A DNA stretch of 64,000 bases from Trichoplax adhaerens. Taxonomy: Eukaryota; Animalia; Placozoa. The notes beneath the pieces were generated by a model. That model searched no databases and was not told the DNA's origin. It saw only the letters and a list, made by a program, of their open reading frames with translations. This document shows positions 1 to 13,887 of the stretch, piece after piece. Position 1 is the first letter of the stretch; the number at the start of each line of letters is the position of its first letter. The stretch is from contig NW_002060943.1 in assembly GCF_000150275.1 (NCBI RefSeq), positions 11,222,878-11,286,877 on the forward strand. The letters are read 5' to 3'. A program made the position numbers and the translations under genes.

Positions 1-172
1 TACAGTCATTTCATGGCAAAATGGAAGGAGAATATTATTGATTGAGGGAGGGACTGTGATATAAGTTATCCAAGATGAAGAAGTTGAGCATTAACAGTGG
101 ATGCAGCATTTGTAGTCATTGTGGGTCAAGTTGTAGTAGAGTAGGTGATTGATTATCCAGTGGATTACTTAC

Positions 173-260
173 TTTTTTTCTTTTCCAATAACTTGAGTCG
201 GTTAATAACCAATCTAAGGTTTACTCGTAGTTTTTGTGGACGCCAAGAAGCCTTAAACAT
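173..260 (-). CDS. IST1: IST1 homolog (ESCRT-III-associated factor), first coding exon; gene continues off the left edge
   Basis: Reverse strand reads MFKASWRPQKLRVNLRLVINRLKLLEKKK then phase-1 donor GTAAGT. LRVNLRLVINRLKLLEKKK matches the recalled human IST1 N-terminus. Confidence 0.93.
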
Positions 261-713
261 GTCCAATTTCTATTTCTTCAAAGTTGTCTATGGCAAAGGA
301 ATGGCTTAATTTTTAAAAAGTGCAAGGATATTTTCTCCAAGATTCCGGTCGTGATGTAGCAATGGCGATATCCAACTTCCAGTGTGCAATCTGACCAGGC
401 CAAAGCATTGGAGATCTTATTTATCTCCCCCCGTACTGTACCCACTATACCATATTATCTACTGTACGATACGGGTGCTATGCCATTCCACTCACTCTTC
501 CCCGTCAACAATCGTCATGTATGAAAAACAACATTGACACGGGACGGGGGTGACCCGATTTTACCATCATGTCATTATTGTAATGTTTCTATTTTAAGAT
601 TTTCTGATCATTGATACGGACTGCAGTACGTACAGAACAGGACTTTCTTGTTGCTTACTATTGTACAATGTACAGTACTGTACTGTACTGTATGTCCGGA
701 GTGACTACTGTAG

Positions 714-1783
714 TGTAGTCAACTACAAGAACTGTACTGAGTGGACAGTGCAGTATATCTGTCACCGTGTCACACGTATCGATGACACCGCTGGTGAATG
801 ACATCATCAACCATCCATCAATTCATACAAGAAGCACCAGTCACTCCGTCCATCCATCTCTACACTTTCGCTCGCTGTGACCAAAATATCGAATGCAGAG
901 CGCAACTCACTATATTTTCCGACTGTAGTCAACTACAAGAACTGTACTGAGTGGACAGTGCAGTATATCTGTCACCGTGTCACACGTATCGATGACACCG
1001 CTGGTGAATGACATCATCAACCATCCATCAATTCATACAAGAAGCACCAGTCACTCCGTCCATCCATTTCTACACTTTCGCTCGCTGTGACCAAAATATC
1101 GAATGCAGAGCGCAACTCACTATATTTTCCGACTGTAGTCAACTACAAGAACTGTACTGAGTGGACAGTGCAGTATATCTGTCACCGTGTCACACGTATC
1201 GATGACACCGCTGGTGAATGACATCATCAACCATCCATCAATTCATACAAGAAGCACCAGTCACTCCGTCCATCCATCTCTACACTTTCGCTCGCTGTGA
1301 CCAAAATATCGAATGCCGAGCGCAACTCACTATATTTTCCGACTGTAGTCAACTACAAGAACTGTACTGAGTGGACAGTGCAGTATATCTGTCACCGTGT
1401 CACGTATCGATGACACCGCTGGTGAATAACATTATCAACCATCCATCAATTCATACAAGAAGCACCAGTCACTCCATCCATCCATCTCTACACTTTCGCT
1501 CGCTGTGACCAAAATACCAAATGCAAAGCACAACTCACCGACTGTAACACAGTACTGTACAGTGTACAGTACTGTACTGTACACTGTACAGTACTGTAGT
1601 CACTCTGGACATACTGTACTGTACAGTGTACATCTGTCACGTATCGATGACACGGCGATGCGGTGAATGACATCATCAACCATCAATTCATAGAAGAAGC
1701 ACCAGTCACTCCATCCATCTCTACACTTTCCCTCGCTGTGACCAAAATACCAAATGCAAAGCACAACTCACTACATTTTCCGA
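714..1783. repeat. Tandem array of a 210-bp unit (3 near-identical copies plus 2 diverged copies)
   Basis: TGTAGTCAACTACAAGAACTGTACTGAG... recurs at 714, 924, 1134 and 1344; a degenerate copy spans about 1595-1783. Confidence 0.97.
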
Positions 1784-1969
1784 AAGCTATACTACTTTCG
1801 TAGACTAAGTTGAAAAATTTTGAAGAGAGCAGACGTATCAATAATATAGAAAAGTACACACCACATAGACAACATTGATACTAGTTTACTGGCCATAGAG
1901 ACAGGCAAATTTGGACGATCATTCAGTAAAAACGTAGCATGAAGCCATTGCAAGTGAGCATAGCGAGGT

Positions 1970-2213
1970 CGTTGACGGTGTAGTGTCACTAGTGTGGGGT
2001 GAGTAGTCGACGTACTGTACCACCGTACTGGACGTCAGAGTGAGAAAGTCGTGCGTTCAATTGTTCTACTGCACCTGTCTAGTGTCAGTAACGTCAGTAA
2101 CAAACGGACGTGACGCCACACTCGCTACAACTTCTTCCACACACTCGTCCTGGGCCAACCACAAGTGATTTCAATCGATTTTGCTGCAGCAAACGTCAAT
2201 TGATCAAAATGGC
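1970..2213. promoter_or_regulatory. Probable bidirectional promoter between IST1 and MYDGF
   Basis: Locally GC/CpG-richer; several CRE/ATF-like TGACG/ACGTCA sites (about 2030-2117); YY1-like AAAATGGC overlaps the MYDGF ATG. Confidence 0.5.
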
Positions 2214-4773
2214 TGCGATGAAATATCTGCCCTTGCTTGTTCTATTATTTCTTCACCTACCAATTCACTGCTTAAGTCAATCTCATGAAATGAAATCATT
2301 TGATGCAAAGCCAAACGGCCAGTCAACAACAGTGGTCACTAAATTGGTAAGTACTGGAGAGGAAACCAATTTGACACTGATTTCAAAACTCTTGCTTGCA
2401 GGCTGCAGCTATGGCTGGTAACCATGGTACCATGGATGATGCTACTAGTTCATATCTACCTCGCTTAATGACGATTTTACTGTAGATCATAACTTGGAAC
2501 TGACTAACTTTCTTTCCAGCCAAGCAATATTGAACATCAATGTGCCAATAGACTATATTCGTTAGGCTTTACTGCAAGCCTTGACGCAGTCCAAAATACT
2601 TCTACATGTCATTACAGCACCAACACTCAATCTAGACTCAGTCAGAAAGTAAAATACACGACAAACCTATGGACATGTTGATTGATAGACAGCACAGAGC
2701 AACACAGCAGCTATCATTTACTTTTCCAGATCAATTGTGTACTTTACATACTCCACCCTAAAATGGACTCGTATGCAAATAGATCCATGTACCAATTTCA
2801 GCTAATTATACTGGTAGCATGTATTGAAAGTGTATCCTAGTAATAATAAAGTAAAGCACCATGTCATGTACAATAGTCGCTGTATTTAATCGAATTATAG
2901 ATGATGAGTGGTATCATGAAACGGTGTTCTTATATTATTTGCAAGAAGTTGCAAAATCCATCCATTACAATTCCCATAAATAACGCCTGTAGCGACGATA
3001 CAATAAACGAACCTAGGTTAGGTTAGCTTTTTTTAGGATTCAATTCAACATTTAAGACTGCTTTAGATCAACATTATCGATAGACAACGTATATTGTGCT
3101 AATCCAATTAAGATTCGCTACTCTCTTAATATGAAGACTACTCGTCAAGACCCCTAGCAGAATTTGTTACTAGACTAATAATCGCTCCTTAAATCTCACT
3201 CCAACCTGTGTATGTTGTCTTGAATTAATTCAAAGACAGAATCTGTAACATCGATCAATGCAAATACATACATTATATACCTTACAGTACAACAACGTTC
3301 TAATCATAAAGTCTTCCATATTCAGTCAAAACCTTCATAGTAATATTGAATATCAGCCGCATATCATGCTAATAAGCCTGCGAGTGAAACCTCCTGTGGA
3401 CCACTAGACAATTCTATGTGCTTTTTTAATTCATCTGCTAGTATGTTGCAAAGCAATCAACCACAAGTGCTATCACTGAATGCTGTAGAATCATTGCAAT
3501 ACAGTATAATCTACTATAAGTGAGTTATACCGTCGTCTCAATGTAGCATGAATACGATATGCCAAAAGTATCCATTTATCTTCTTATAATTCATTGAAAT
3601 GCCTTATTCTCAATTCTGATATTCTTCGTTAAATAATATCTCTAATTTTCAATGTATTTCATAATTAGGAATCAATCCAGTGCCAATTTACTTTTGCAGT
3701 AGTTGGAGGGACTAATGAGGTAATACTGCTTTAATATCAACAGCTTGCATAGATTAATATATTGACATGTAGATTATTCTATTCTGTATAAAGCAGTCTA
3801 TCTTAAACTACTTGTATGACGATACCAGAATAGTTAATGATATCGAACATGCATTATCTTTCTTTAATAAAAATGAAATATTTTATTATGTTATAGAACT
3901 GGGTTATGAAAGTATCTCGCGAGAAAGACGGCAAATATACCTGCATAGTAACCAGGTTCAGTAGCAAGCTAGAACGACTTATTGTGCTTATCACTATTTC
4001 GAGCTGATTTATCTCATAAAATGTCCTTTATTACTAGTCTGTTAGCAATAGTACCGTAGTAGCCAAAGAAATCCATTCGTAAATAACCAGTTTTACATGC
4101 GTATAATGATATCAATCATGTAAGCGTTACAATTTTAATCAATTTCAAGTTATTAATTCATTCTTAACTTCGTTAGACCGGATAAAGATTCTTACCTTGT
4201 GTTCATGAGCTTTCAACTAAAGGTGAAAGGGGGAAAAATTTCTAATGTTGAAGTATATGTAAGTTTGACTCCATGTAATATGTATTATAGTTGCAATACA
4301 ATCAAAGTGCCCAACTAAGGTCACCTTAATACTCATAATCAACAATCTAAATTTCGTTTAGAAAGTGCATTATAGGGAGAATTTTTACAAGTACTTCAAT
4401 TATAAATCTAATCTATTCTGTCTAAAAGCATACTCTGAACTACTTGTTAACATCTCAATTACCCAAACGAATTAAGAATCCGCGAAATATTACTAAATCT
4501 AAAACCTCTCTCTAGGATAAAGATGCTAAACTCGAGTCGAACACTTACGCAGTTACGGATTCTGTAGGTATGTTACCAAATCTAGAGTTCGTGAATGAAC
4601 TACAACTTTCGCCAATAATACATACGCAACTTACGATAAATATTCAATCACTTAATAATAAAAGCTAACATTTTTTATTATCGTATTTTATTATAGTACA
4701 ACACGCTCAGGGAAAATTTAAAGCTAACCTCAAACTTATAACTGTATCCATTTCCAAACATGATGAATTATAA
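2209..4773 (+). CDS. MYDGF: Myeloid-derived growth factor homolog (C19orf10/UPF0556), 6 exons, 152 aa, signal peptide and C-terminal HDEL
   Basis: Exons 2209-2346, 3669-3719, 3897-3955, 4177-4258, 4516-4567, 4697-4773, all GT-AG and in phase. Product ...SFDAKPNG...ESIQCQFTFAVVGGTNENWVM...YTCIVTRPDKDSYLVFMSF...GKFKANLKLITVSISKHDEL parallels human FDVRPGG/CMFTYASQGGTNEQW/FTCTIWRPQGKSYLYF/GAFKAELSKL..RTEL. Confidence 0.93.
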
Positions 4774-7700
4774 TTTATTTAATATTCTGTAATGACATAT
4801 TTTTGCCAATTTAATCGATACAATTTTTAACGTGCTTGCACTATCGCGTATGTATCAATCGGATAGTGCTTATCAATATCTTACGTAAGTAATTTAATTA
4901 TTATCTATTACTATTTCATAATCTGTCTTGATAGAAATTACACATATACAGGATGATATGTACTTAGTTTTCTATTCATTGTCATCGATGAAATAAAATG
5001 ATAGATATTTTAGATCAATCATAGCTAAGAATTATGTGATTCAATAGTAATTATATCAGTTATTTACCAAAAGCTGCAAAATAACATGAAGGATCTACTG
5101 TGAAGATTAATTTTAACGGTAGTTGTCTAATTACGACTGAACGATGTAAAAATAACCAGTAATTCTAATAGAAAAATTTACAACTAAATGGTGTATGTCG
5201 AATCGGAGACAGGTGTTGTTTGCAAGCATTTATTTGTTGTGAGTATATACTACTTGCAGTAACATACACTAATGTACGCATAGAACAAGGATAGGACTAC
5301 TATACTGTTGTAATTTAGCTTAAGGAAAATTAGTAAAATCGCAAGGTAATATCTTTTAGTATATGATTTTTGCCTTCCATAGCCTTTTAATACATGTCAA
5401 CAATTTAGGGTTAATGCATTGCCTGCAATATAGACATTACCTGTAATTTTCAAATGGAGAAATGTATAGTATGTAACCACAGATTAGTATAATAAAAGCA
5501 TATTTAAACTTCATCATTAATCCGTATCTAAATAGCAGGTATACCGAAACAACCCTAATAAGAGAAACATTAAATTTAAAAATCTAGACTAGCAATACGC
5601 AAGCATTTATCTATCAAAAACGAAAATAGATACCATTTTCGAGCATGAAGAATTTACACATTCACATTAGAAATCTAAATTTATATTAATTTTTAGCGTA
5701 TTTCTCAGCAAAAATAGGGCCAAAAAGGAAATGAGTTCCACTGCTGTATTGATTAACGCGCAGATCTGGTGATACTAATTCATATTTACAATTATTGACT
5801 CTTTATAAATACCTAGCTGCTATCCCCCAAAACTTTTACGCGAAAAACATTCAAGTTATAGTTCTGCATAGCTTGATTGTCACCGATCAACTCTAACTGC
5901 TAGCTCATACTATTTCATTTCTAATTCAATCATCGCTAAAATCTAACATTATATAATAATGAAACTGTAAGCAACTAGACTCACTCGGTAAGCTTAGAAA
6001 ATAGTTATTTCTAATTCTTATTTATTAAACTAATTTTTTGATACCTTCTTTGTCTAAAGTCTTTTACTTTAGGTTGGCTACATTAGTAGTATCTTATCTA
6101 CCATATAGCCTAGGTTAAAATTAAATTGATTATTTATTTGAGAGGATTATCATCGGTACAAATTCGGTCAGCTTGCTTTATATTAATGTTGAATATAAAT
6201 TTTAAAGTAAAAAGCTGTAATGGAATAGTATTTGATAAGCCCATATAGATTGAAGAGATGTAGTATTTCTAAGATTAACGATCCAATTGCTATGTTACAA
6301 GATACATTTACTAGTGCAATGTGAGGAATAAATTATGCTGGTATTTAATAAACATCCTGCGGGTATTTATTTACCATACAAGAAACTACACAATAAGCTC
6401 GCTTCTTCCAATATCAAGATAAAGTTTATTATTTCTATTCATTCAGCTAAAATTGTTAGTCTTGCCATAAATCGAAGGCATTGCTGCTTCTTATTATAAT
6501 TATACGAAGTATTAAAAGTTGTCTTAGTTTGCTACAGGAAATATTAATTATACGCTTGATAGTAAGGAAATAACATGCATCGTAAATAATATTGCATGTT
6601 ATCCATTCAATTATCTCAATGTGTACTTATGGTCTTGCGGCCTTATTATTTACTTTTGGAAATTAAAACAACGCTGTCTTTCTTCAATAATGCCTGTTGT
6701 TATAGTAGAAATGATCGATCACAATAATTAAGAAAGGGAAATGCAGGTTGAGAAAAATCGACTAAAAATTTTATAGCAACAAATAAAATTTAATTAATAA
6801 TGATGGAAATGACCCTTACGGTAACAATTACCAGCGAAATATTACTGAGGGTAATTAATAAAAGTTATTATAGGAAGCAATATTTTTAATACGATTTTTA
6901 TGTTTGGTCTAAATATCTACCTCTACCAGGTAGACGATCTTTATTTTTCAGGTATTTCGAACTTTATGATTCTATTAGAAAATCGTTGTAGATACTGGTA
7001 AAATATTGATAGGAGATAGATACCGGTATATCAATTTTAAACTAATTTTGTTACATTCAAGCCTTTTCAAATGAAAACTATTATCACCAGCAACGAGCAT
7101 CTTGGAGAAGGTAATGAAGATCCCGGAAGTAGACTATGTATGAATAAAAATATGTGCCCGGATACGCAGTTCAGTTACTGAGATACAATTAAATAATTAA
7201 TTAAATACTTAAATTCGGCACGTATCATTAGAAATGAAAATTTCTAGGGTGAAAAACATCAAAGTTTCCATTAGCATCGATTCTTATTACCATTTTATTT
7301 GTCTTACCGACAACAGTATATTTTTAATTAAAGTCTCATTTTTAAAGTGAAAGTAAGAAAAGTCTCGAGTAAATCATTATTATTATCAGACTAAATAAAA
7401 GATATAACAATATCCCGCCAACAACAATCAATAAAATTTCATAGCCTTGAAGTTTAATACAAAATCATGGTAAGATCTAACCATAAACCTACAAGAACTA
7501 CAAAGAATGTGATAGCAACGCGACTTAAATCTAATTTAATAAGGCGTTAGCCGAATTATTCTAGTTGAATCGTTATTAATCATGTCAGTCAATTTTTTTA
7601 TTACTGTTTACTAATTGTTCAGTTAAAAGTAACATTGGATCACTCTTATCCATAGATCTTTCCATAAATTAGCCTCAATCTTATTTAAAAACCTCATCCG

Positions 7701-8576
7701 GGATTTATCAATACCATATCAGGAGTATTAGCTCACTATCTTGCAGCAAATATGTCATTTCTTTACTGTTTAAATTACATATTATAACTTGTTCCCTTAT
7801 CTATCTTAAAGGCAACCATATAAAACTCATATAAGGCATTCTAAAGCATGCATATTCGTATTCTATCACATGTTATACCGAGTATCGGTATTTATTAAAC
7901 CTAATTTTAATTGCATATCAAACTAGGTGTTTTACTACGTTTAAATTTCATCTTCTTCGATACAAACAAATCAAATTGAGACCTTACGTATACATCAGGC
8001 CTCCGTTACATTCCCATCGACTTCTGCCACAAACTATTGATTTATATTTTATTAGCTCTCAGAAATCTTTGTCAATACTCAAGATGTTCTGTTCGTATCG
8101 CTATAAGAGTACATAATATCTAAAAATTACTCTAGATTACCTTGTCTAATCAATTATGTTGAAATATAAACATATCAATTCACTTCTTATTTATTATACA
8201 ATCGCATTTTCAGTTTAAATGAAATTAATTTGCATTTAGTAATTTGGAATTTCAACCTTACCCACCGTTACATCGAAATGTTTTATTTAACTTATGAAAT
8301 TCAATTATGTCGCGTACAATTCTTCTGTGGATTTTTATTTGTCTAAAATTTTATGATATAATAGCGACTTATGTTTACATTAGTACTTTACTGATTCTCT
8401 CATTTCTATCTGACATGGACACTTTGGTATTTAAACTTGATCACATCAATAACATTACTGCTAGTATCATAACACTAACAGCAGTATTCAAGATGCAACA
8501 TAACTGCTTATTATAATTTCTAGCAGAGTATTAATTATTACTATCGCTACAGTTGTTGTTACTGTCATTTATGTGG

Positions 8577-8840
8577 CAATTTTCTTCTCAGAAGGTCATA
8601 CCTATTAGTATTGTAGTCATTCTTGATCTTATTTTCCGGCTCATTAATTAAAAATTTATATAAAATGCGATACAAGTAATATAAAATTCATAAATTTTTT
8701 CAATATATAGCAATTTTTTCTCAGAAAATCAAGCCTGTTAGTATTGTAGCTTTTCTTGATGTCATCTTTAGCTATTTAATCAAAAATTAATATATTAAGT
8801 ATCATACAAATCCTATAGGCTTCGTAAATTCTAATTTAAA
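8577..8840. repeat. Degenerate tandem duplication of about 134 bp
   Basis: CAATTTT..TCTCAGAA....CCT.TTAGTATTGTAG....TTCTTGAT occurs at about 8577 and 8711. Confidence 0.6.
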
Positions 8841-10388
8841 TCTATCTAATCGAAATAAACTTTGCTTATTTTATAGACATTACGTGAATGGTTCCAGTAA
8901 TGCAGAAAAATATACTAAAGTATAGCATAAAAGCGAAAATTTATACTATTTGTAACATGCCAAAGTTTGATGAATACGCTTACATTTTACCAAAACAAAT
9001 TTACTTTATTCGTAAATCTTAATTTCTTAATTTCAAGTTATTATAATTTATTATTAATAAAAAAATTTGAAGCTGGATTCAAAACATTGTACCTTTTATT
9101 GTTAATCCAACAACATTGAATAACACGTTTATATTTTGAAATAAAGATGTATTATGCATATTGAATTCTTTTAATTGATTATAACTATCTTATCTTCAAA
9201 ATCTATCAATTAAAACTTGATACAATTGAACTAGCATTTTTTGATAGTTAATTAGAAACAATAATTTGAAATCCTTCGGTCTATTACGTAAATTATTTCA
9301 ATAATGTCTGAGTAGAGAGAAAAATTATTTACTACATCCGTATTATTTCTTACCACATCGCAGTATGAAAGTAAGATAAAAAGTTTTTAAATAATCACTA
9401 TAGAGGAACAAATGGTATATTCAGTCTGCTGTATCAATACCAAGGCGTCAAAATAGCAGTACATTGAAGTTACAATATAAAGATCTTTATATATGTATAT
9501 TCTAGATATAAATTTCTTCTCTTTAATGACAGCAACGATACATTTTGATTTGATAATCTTTTATCTTCGTTGCTAGAAACAATCACTATTAAAAAATTTG
9601 CTATCCATGTAACCTAGATAATAACAAATATGAAACTATATGTCGTATTTTTGAAAGATCAAATTTTTTCCCTTATCAATATTACATTAACAGAAGTATA
9701 GTACGTATACTCATATATATATGAGAATGTTAGATAGTTACATATGAACCATAAATAACGCTTTCGTTATTGTATTCGAGAAATAAGCAAATTTTTTATT
9801 TTCTTAACTAAAGTTAAATATATAATTTATACTGACTAATGTTAATAAGGTCTAGTGCAAGGCAACACCGAGTGAAACTATCATGCTATTTAATAAGATA
9901 TAAAAATAAATTAGAGTAATAGTATTTAATCATAACTTACGGTTAGTATTAATTTGCATATGCATCTTCGAATTTTATTTAACTTTATTTACCATCACCA
10001 GAACCTTATATAATCAAATAACATAATATGTAATAATTGAATTTTTGCATTTTTAAATGAAGTGACCATTGTTAATGAGAACAACGGACCCTTGTTTTTA
10101 ACATAATCAATAGCTATTAATTATTATTTTTCTGAGTGGAATTTGGTGCTACTAAACTTTTTGAGTTCGTTAAATATCAAGCACGTTGATTAATACCAGT
10201 AATTATGATTTACTATCTCTTTGTGCTAGTAATAGTATAATACGATAAGGAAAGCATCACTAAGAGAATTTAATACTGATTTCGATAGACATTCTAACTT
10301 TTGCTTTTAGAACTAAATAATTGGATAAATTAATTAAATTCATATTAAGGCGGCGAAATATCCTATGCCTAGATCAAAACGATAACTG

Positions 10389-10681
10389 NNNNNNNNNNNN
10401 NNNNNNNNNNNNNNNNNNNNNNNNNNNNNNNNNNNNNNNNNNNNNNNNNNNNNNNNNNNNNNNNNNNNNNNNNNNNNNNNNNNNNNNNNNNNNNNNNNNN
10501 NNNNNNNNNNNNNNNNNNNNNNNNNNNNNNNNNNNNNNNNNNNNNNNNNNNNNNNNNNNNNNNNNNNNNNNNNNNNNNNNNNNNNNNNNNNNNNNNNNNN
10601 NNNNNNNNNNNNNNNNNNNNNNNNNNNNNNNNNNNNNNNNNNNNNNNNNNNNNNNNNNNNNNNNNNNNNNNNNNNNNNNNN
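10389..10681. other. Assembly gap (N run)
   Basis: Run of N bases. Confidence 1.
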
Positions 10682-13600
10682 TATGCAAAGTTTATTTACT
10701 CTAGAATAATACTTGTACAGACGCTAATCAAAATATAATGTTTTGCCTGAAGGAATTTGAATCCATTTCGTAGTATGAATTATTAATATTTTAAGTCTCA
10801 TTGAAATACATCAGATAACAAAAGTGGCTTTATATGATTATGACGTTAATCATTATGGATAATATGTGAGCTTTAAGGACTAAATTCAAACCACTATTGC
10901 AGAATATCATACAATTTTACATTAATAAGTGATATAGGAAATGTTTATTCGGATATGTTACGCACCGCAGATAAATGGATTTTATGCCTACACCTGTGCT
11001 AATAAACAATAATTAAGAGGTTTTGATCATCACTGGTTCAAATGAACGGCTAAAGGGTTCGATAGTTCAAATTTTTAGAGACTCACGTTCAAGGCAATTC
11101 TCTATTTTTAAGCTATATTATCACGATATCATTCATTATATTTGTCGTACTCATTTAGTTTAATATATATATATAATGTTTTAAGAATCAAGTCAAAGAT
11201 TACATCCCTTTTAGTTATAGCTAATATTATTATCTTGTTATGATTATGATCATATAAGCTATAGCTACCAAAAATTCCAGCTAAGATAAAGAATTTAAAT
11301 TTTTTGTATGTAAAATATAATTGCTTTAATCGAGTTAAAGAGATCCCTATTTTCAGCTTCATTTCCTCTTTTCTATTGTAGACTATCGATGCTCTACAAT
11401 TGCTTGATGTGATATACATTACATATTACTTAATAACATTTTTTAAATAATTAATAAGTCAGATAAATTTTGGCTTTCTATTTTGGGATTAGGCATGCGA
11501 CAAAGACTATAATGAAGAAACAGTCAAAATGATAAAGTGATTTAATTAAATTTCTATTCAGCCCTGTATAAAATGTTATTCATTTCGCTATTAGAATTCC
11601 ATTTCTTGCAATACATGTATACCAATAGCTACAAACTTTCGATATCGGTATAAATAAAATATATAAAGTATATATATACACTTTTATAGATTTCAAGATA
11701 ACAAACACTAATCACTATATCATTAAAGTTTAGTAAAGGATACTAATCATATAGAATCCTTGCATTAGTTTTATATGCATTCTATATATAATTTTAATTA
11801 CAAGAAATAACGAATATCAATCATCATACTATATTAAATATAGAAAAAGTTACTTATTAAAAGCTAGAATTACATCTTCCTGTATGCCACAATGTTTACT
11901 TCATAATCATTAGAATCTGATATCGGTGATATTGAATAAAGTTCTTGCCGCACTATTCAATATTTCTAAATGAAAATTTGAATAGAATCTTAACATCTCA
12001 ACATTTTACGTCTCGACGACATTTTCTGTAATATAGGATGATCTAGATAATAGAATGTTTTGATGTATTTATACGTGGTAAGCTCGCCTTCGCGATCTCT
12101 AGTTCAAAAAGAAAAACTTCAAAAACTATCGTTATTCTTCATTGTTATAACTCTCTAAACAACAACAATCAAGATGTCTAAGATATGGCGAGAGTCCAAA
12201 TTAACGCCGATTTCTTCTGTCGACGACAACAATTGATACTGTTGAATGTTTTATCCAGTCTTTTCTATCGCTTGTATTTTTGTCGCTAATGTTAGTCTGC
12301 TAGACTCGCTTATCATTATTTGATGTCAAAACTAACGTCATAAGATTCTGTCCTATTCTACTTCATTTTTTCTTGTATCTGTTTAAACTTCTACGTGTAA
12401 CTCATAGAGAAACCAAGGTCGCATCTCCATGCATGCACCTTTAATAGAGAAATACAGACTTGAATACTTTAATGATATTCAGGACTAGAATTAACCAATT
12501 CCACTGAATTTAAAAGATAGTGCCATAACTAAGATATCGATTTAATTTACGTTACCAGATGTGCACTCAAATATGAGCTAAAGATATTTCCTGACCGGAT
12601 TTATACGACAACAAAAATCATGATATACTACCCTATCGAGCGCTATGATAGTGTATATCCTGTTGAGTAATTGACATAAATAAATAACAACGTCTGCAGT
12701 GATAAGATAACAATAATTTAAGCTAAAATTGACAATAATAATTTTATTCATTCAATTCGTATGAGGAGAAGGTCAATTTAATTTCTTGATTGACATCTTG
12801 ACGTAGAAAGAATCTTGCTATAATTTAAATGCAGTAGATACTCTTTCTATATATATCTACAATTCATTGTCAATTGAATGAGGAGAGGAAATAAAAAGGA
12901 GAAAAAAGGATAGTAAATATAAAGTAATTAAATTAGATTAAAATTTATTGACATTACTGGAAATTGAACAATGCAAAATGAGCTTGGATAACATCAACAA
13001 AATAAAATTGCATCTGATCGATACAACGGTAGATCTATCGATTACTTTCAAATGGGTATAATATACTGTATATATACTTACGTACATTGATATATATTTG
13101 ATCAACAGGATACAAGATAGTCATTAGCTGTACTGATAGATTTCTAAAAGGTTGTTTTGCCAAATTAGAAGGGTGAAATGAATATTATTTCAACTTTGAC
13201 TAATAGTAGTCCAACTTCGGAATATATCTATCAGCATTAATTAAGGTAAAAGAATATTTCAAGTATTGGATTCATTTTTGTGTAATTTTTCCTATTTATT
13301 ACATAATTTATCGAAGCCTTGGTAAATTGAATATTAATTCATTCTTTTCCAGTCCAGTTGAGTCTATTACTAGTAATCGATGTACAAAGTCTGCTTTTAG
13401 TAAATGTTCTACATTAATATTAACATCATCATTTTTCTCTTCTAAAAATTCTATCGTCAAGCTTTTGTAGTTTGTAGCGGCAATTGTTGAATATTACTAA
13501 ATTGAGTAACTGCAACTAACGGTGCTTTTTGTTTTTGCTATCATTTCATTAAGAAAAATTTTACTTACATTATTCGATTAAGTTTTCAATTCTCCATCGC

Positions 13601-13887
13601 CTTTCACTAGAAAGATTAAAAATTTTTATTAAATTGCAATTGATGTAATGATTCAATTTCTACGTGATTACTCCCATCCAATCGGATCGATTTTAACATT
13701 GCTATATATGTACTAGTATATCACAGTAATACAAAGTTCCGCAGTTACTGTTATTATTAGTAATATTATTATTGTTGCAATCAATGTCCTTATTATCCAT
13801 ACACTATTTGATAATTTTATTTTCATCAATAACAAATACACTCGATTAATCGATTAAACACTATTCTCGAAGGATCAACATTTCAAT

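Noticed and set aside
1488-1679. ORFs rich in C/T/V/Q/Y (also 32114-32482, 38353-38667, 54820-55014, 63374-63625)
   Set aside because: They are translations of TGTACAG motif clusters with no protein-like features.
714-1783. Possible CRISPR array or C/D snoRNA cluster
   Set aside because: Units are whole duplicates with no unique spacers, the context is eukaryotic, and the minus-strand TGATGA has no properly placed CTGA box D.
6570-6602. 10-bp AT-rich hairpin (and a similar one near 20469-20489)
   Set aside because: Expected by chance at this base composition.
10321-10704. ORFs spanning N runs (also 24358-24540)
   Set aside because: Artefacts of assembly gaps.
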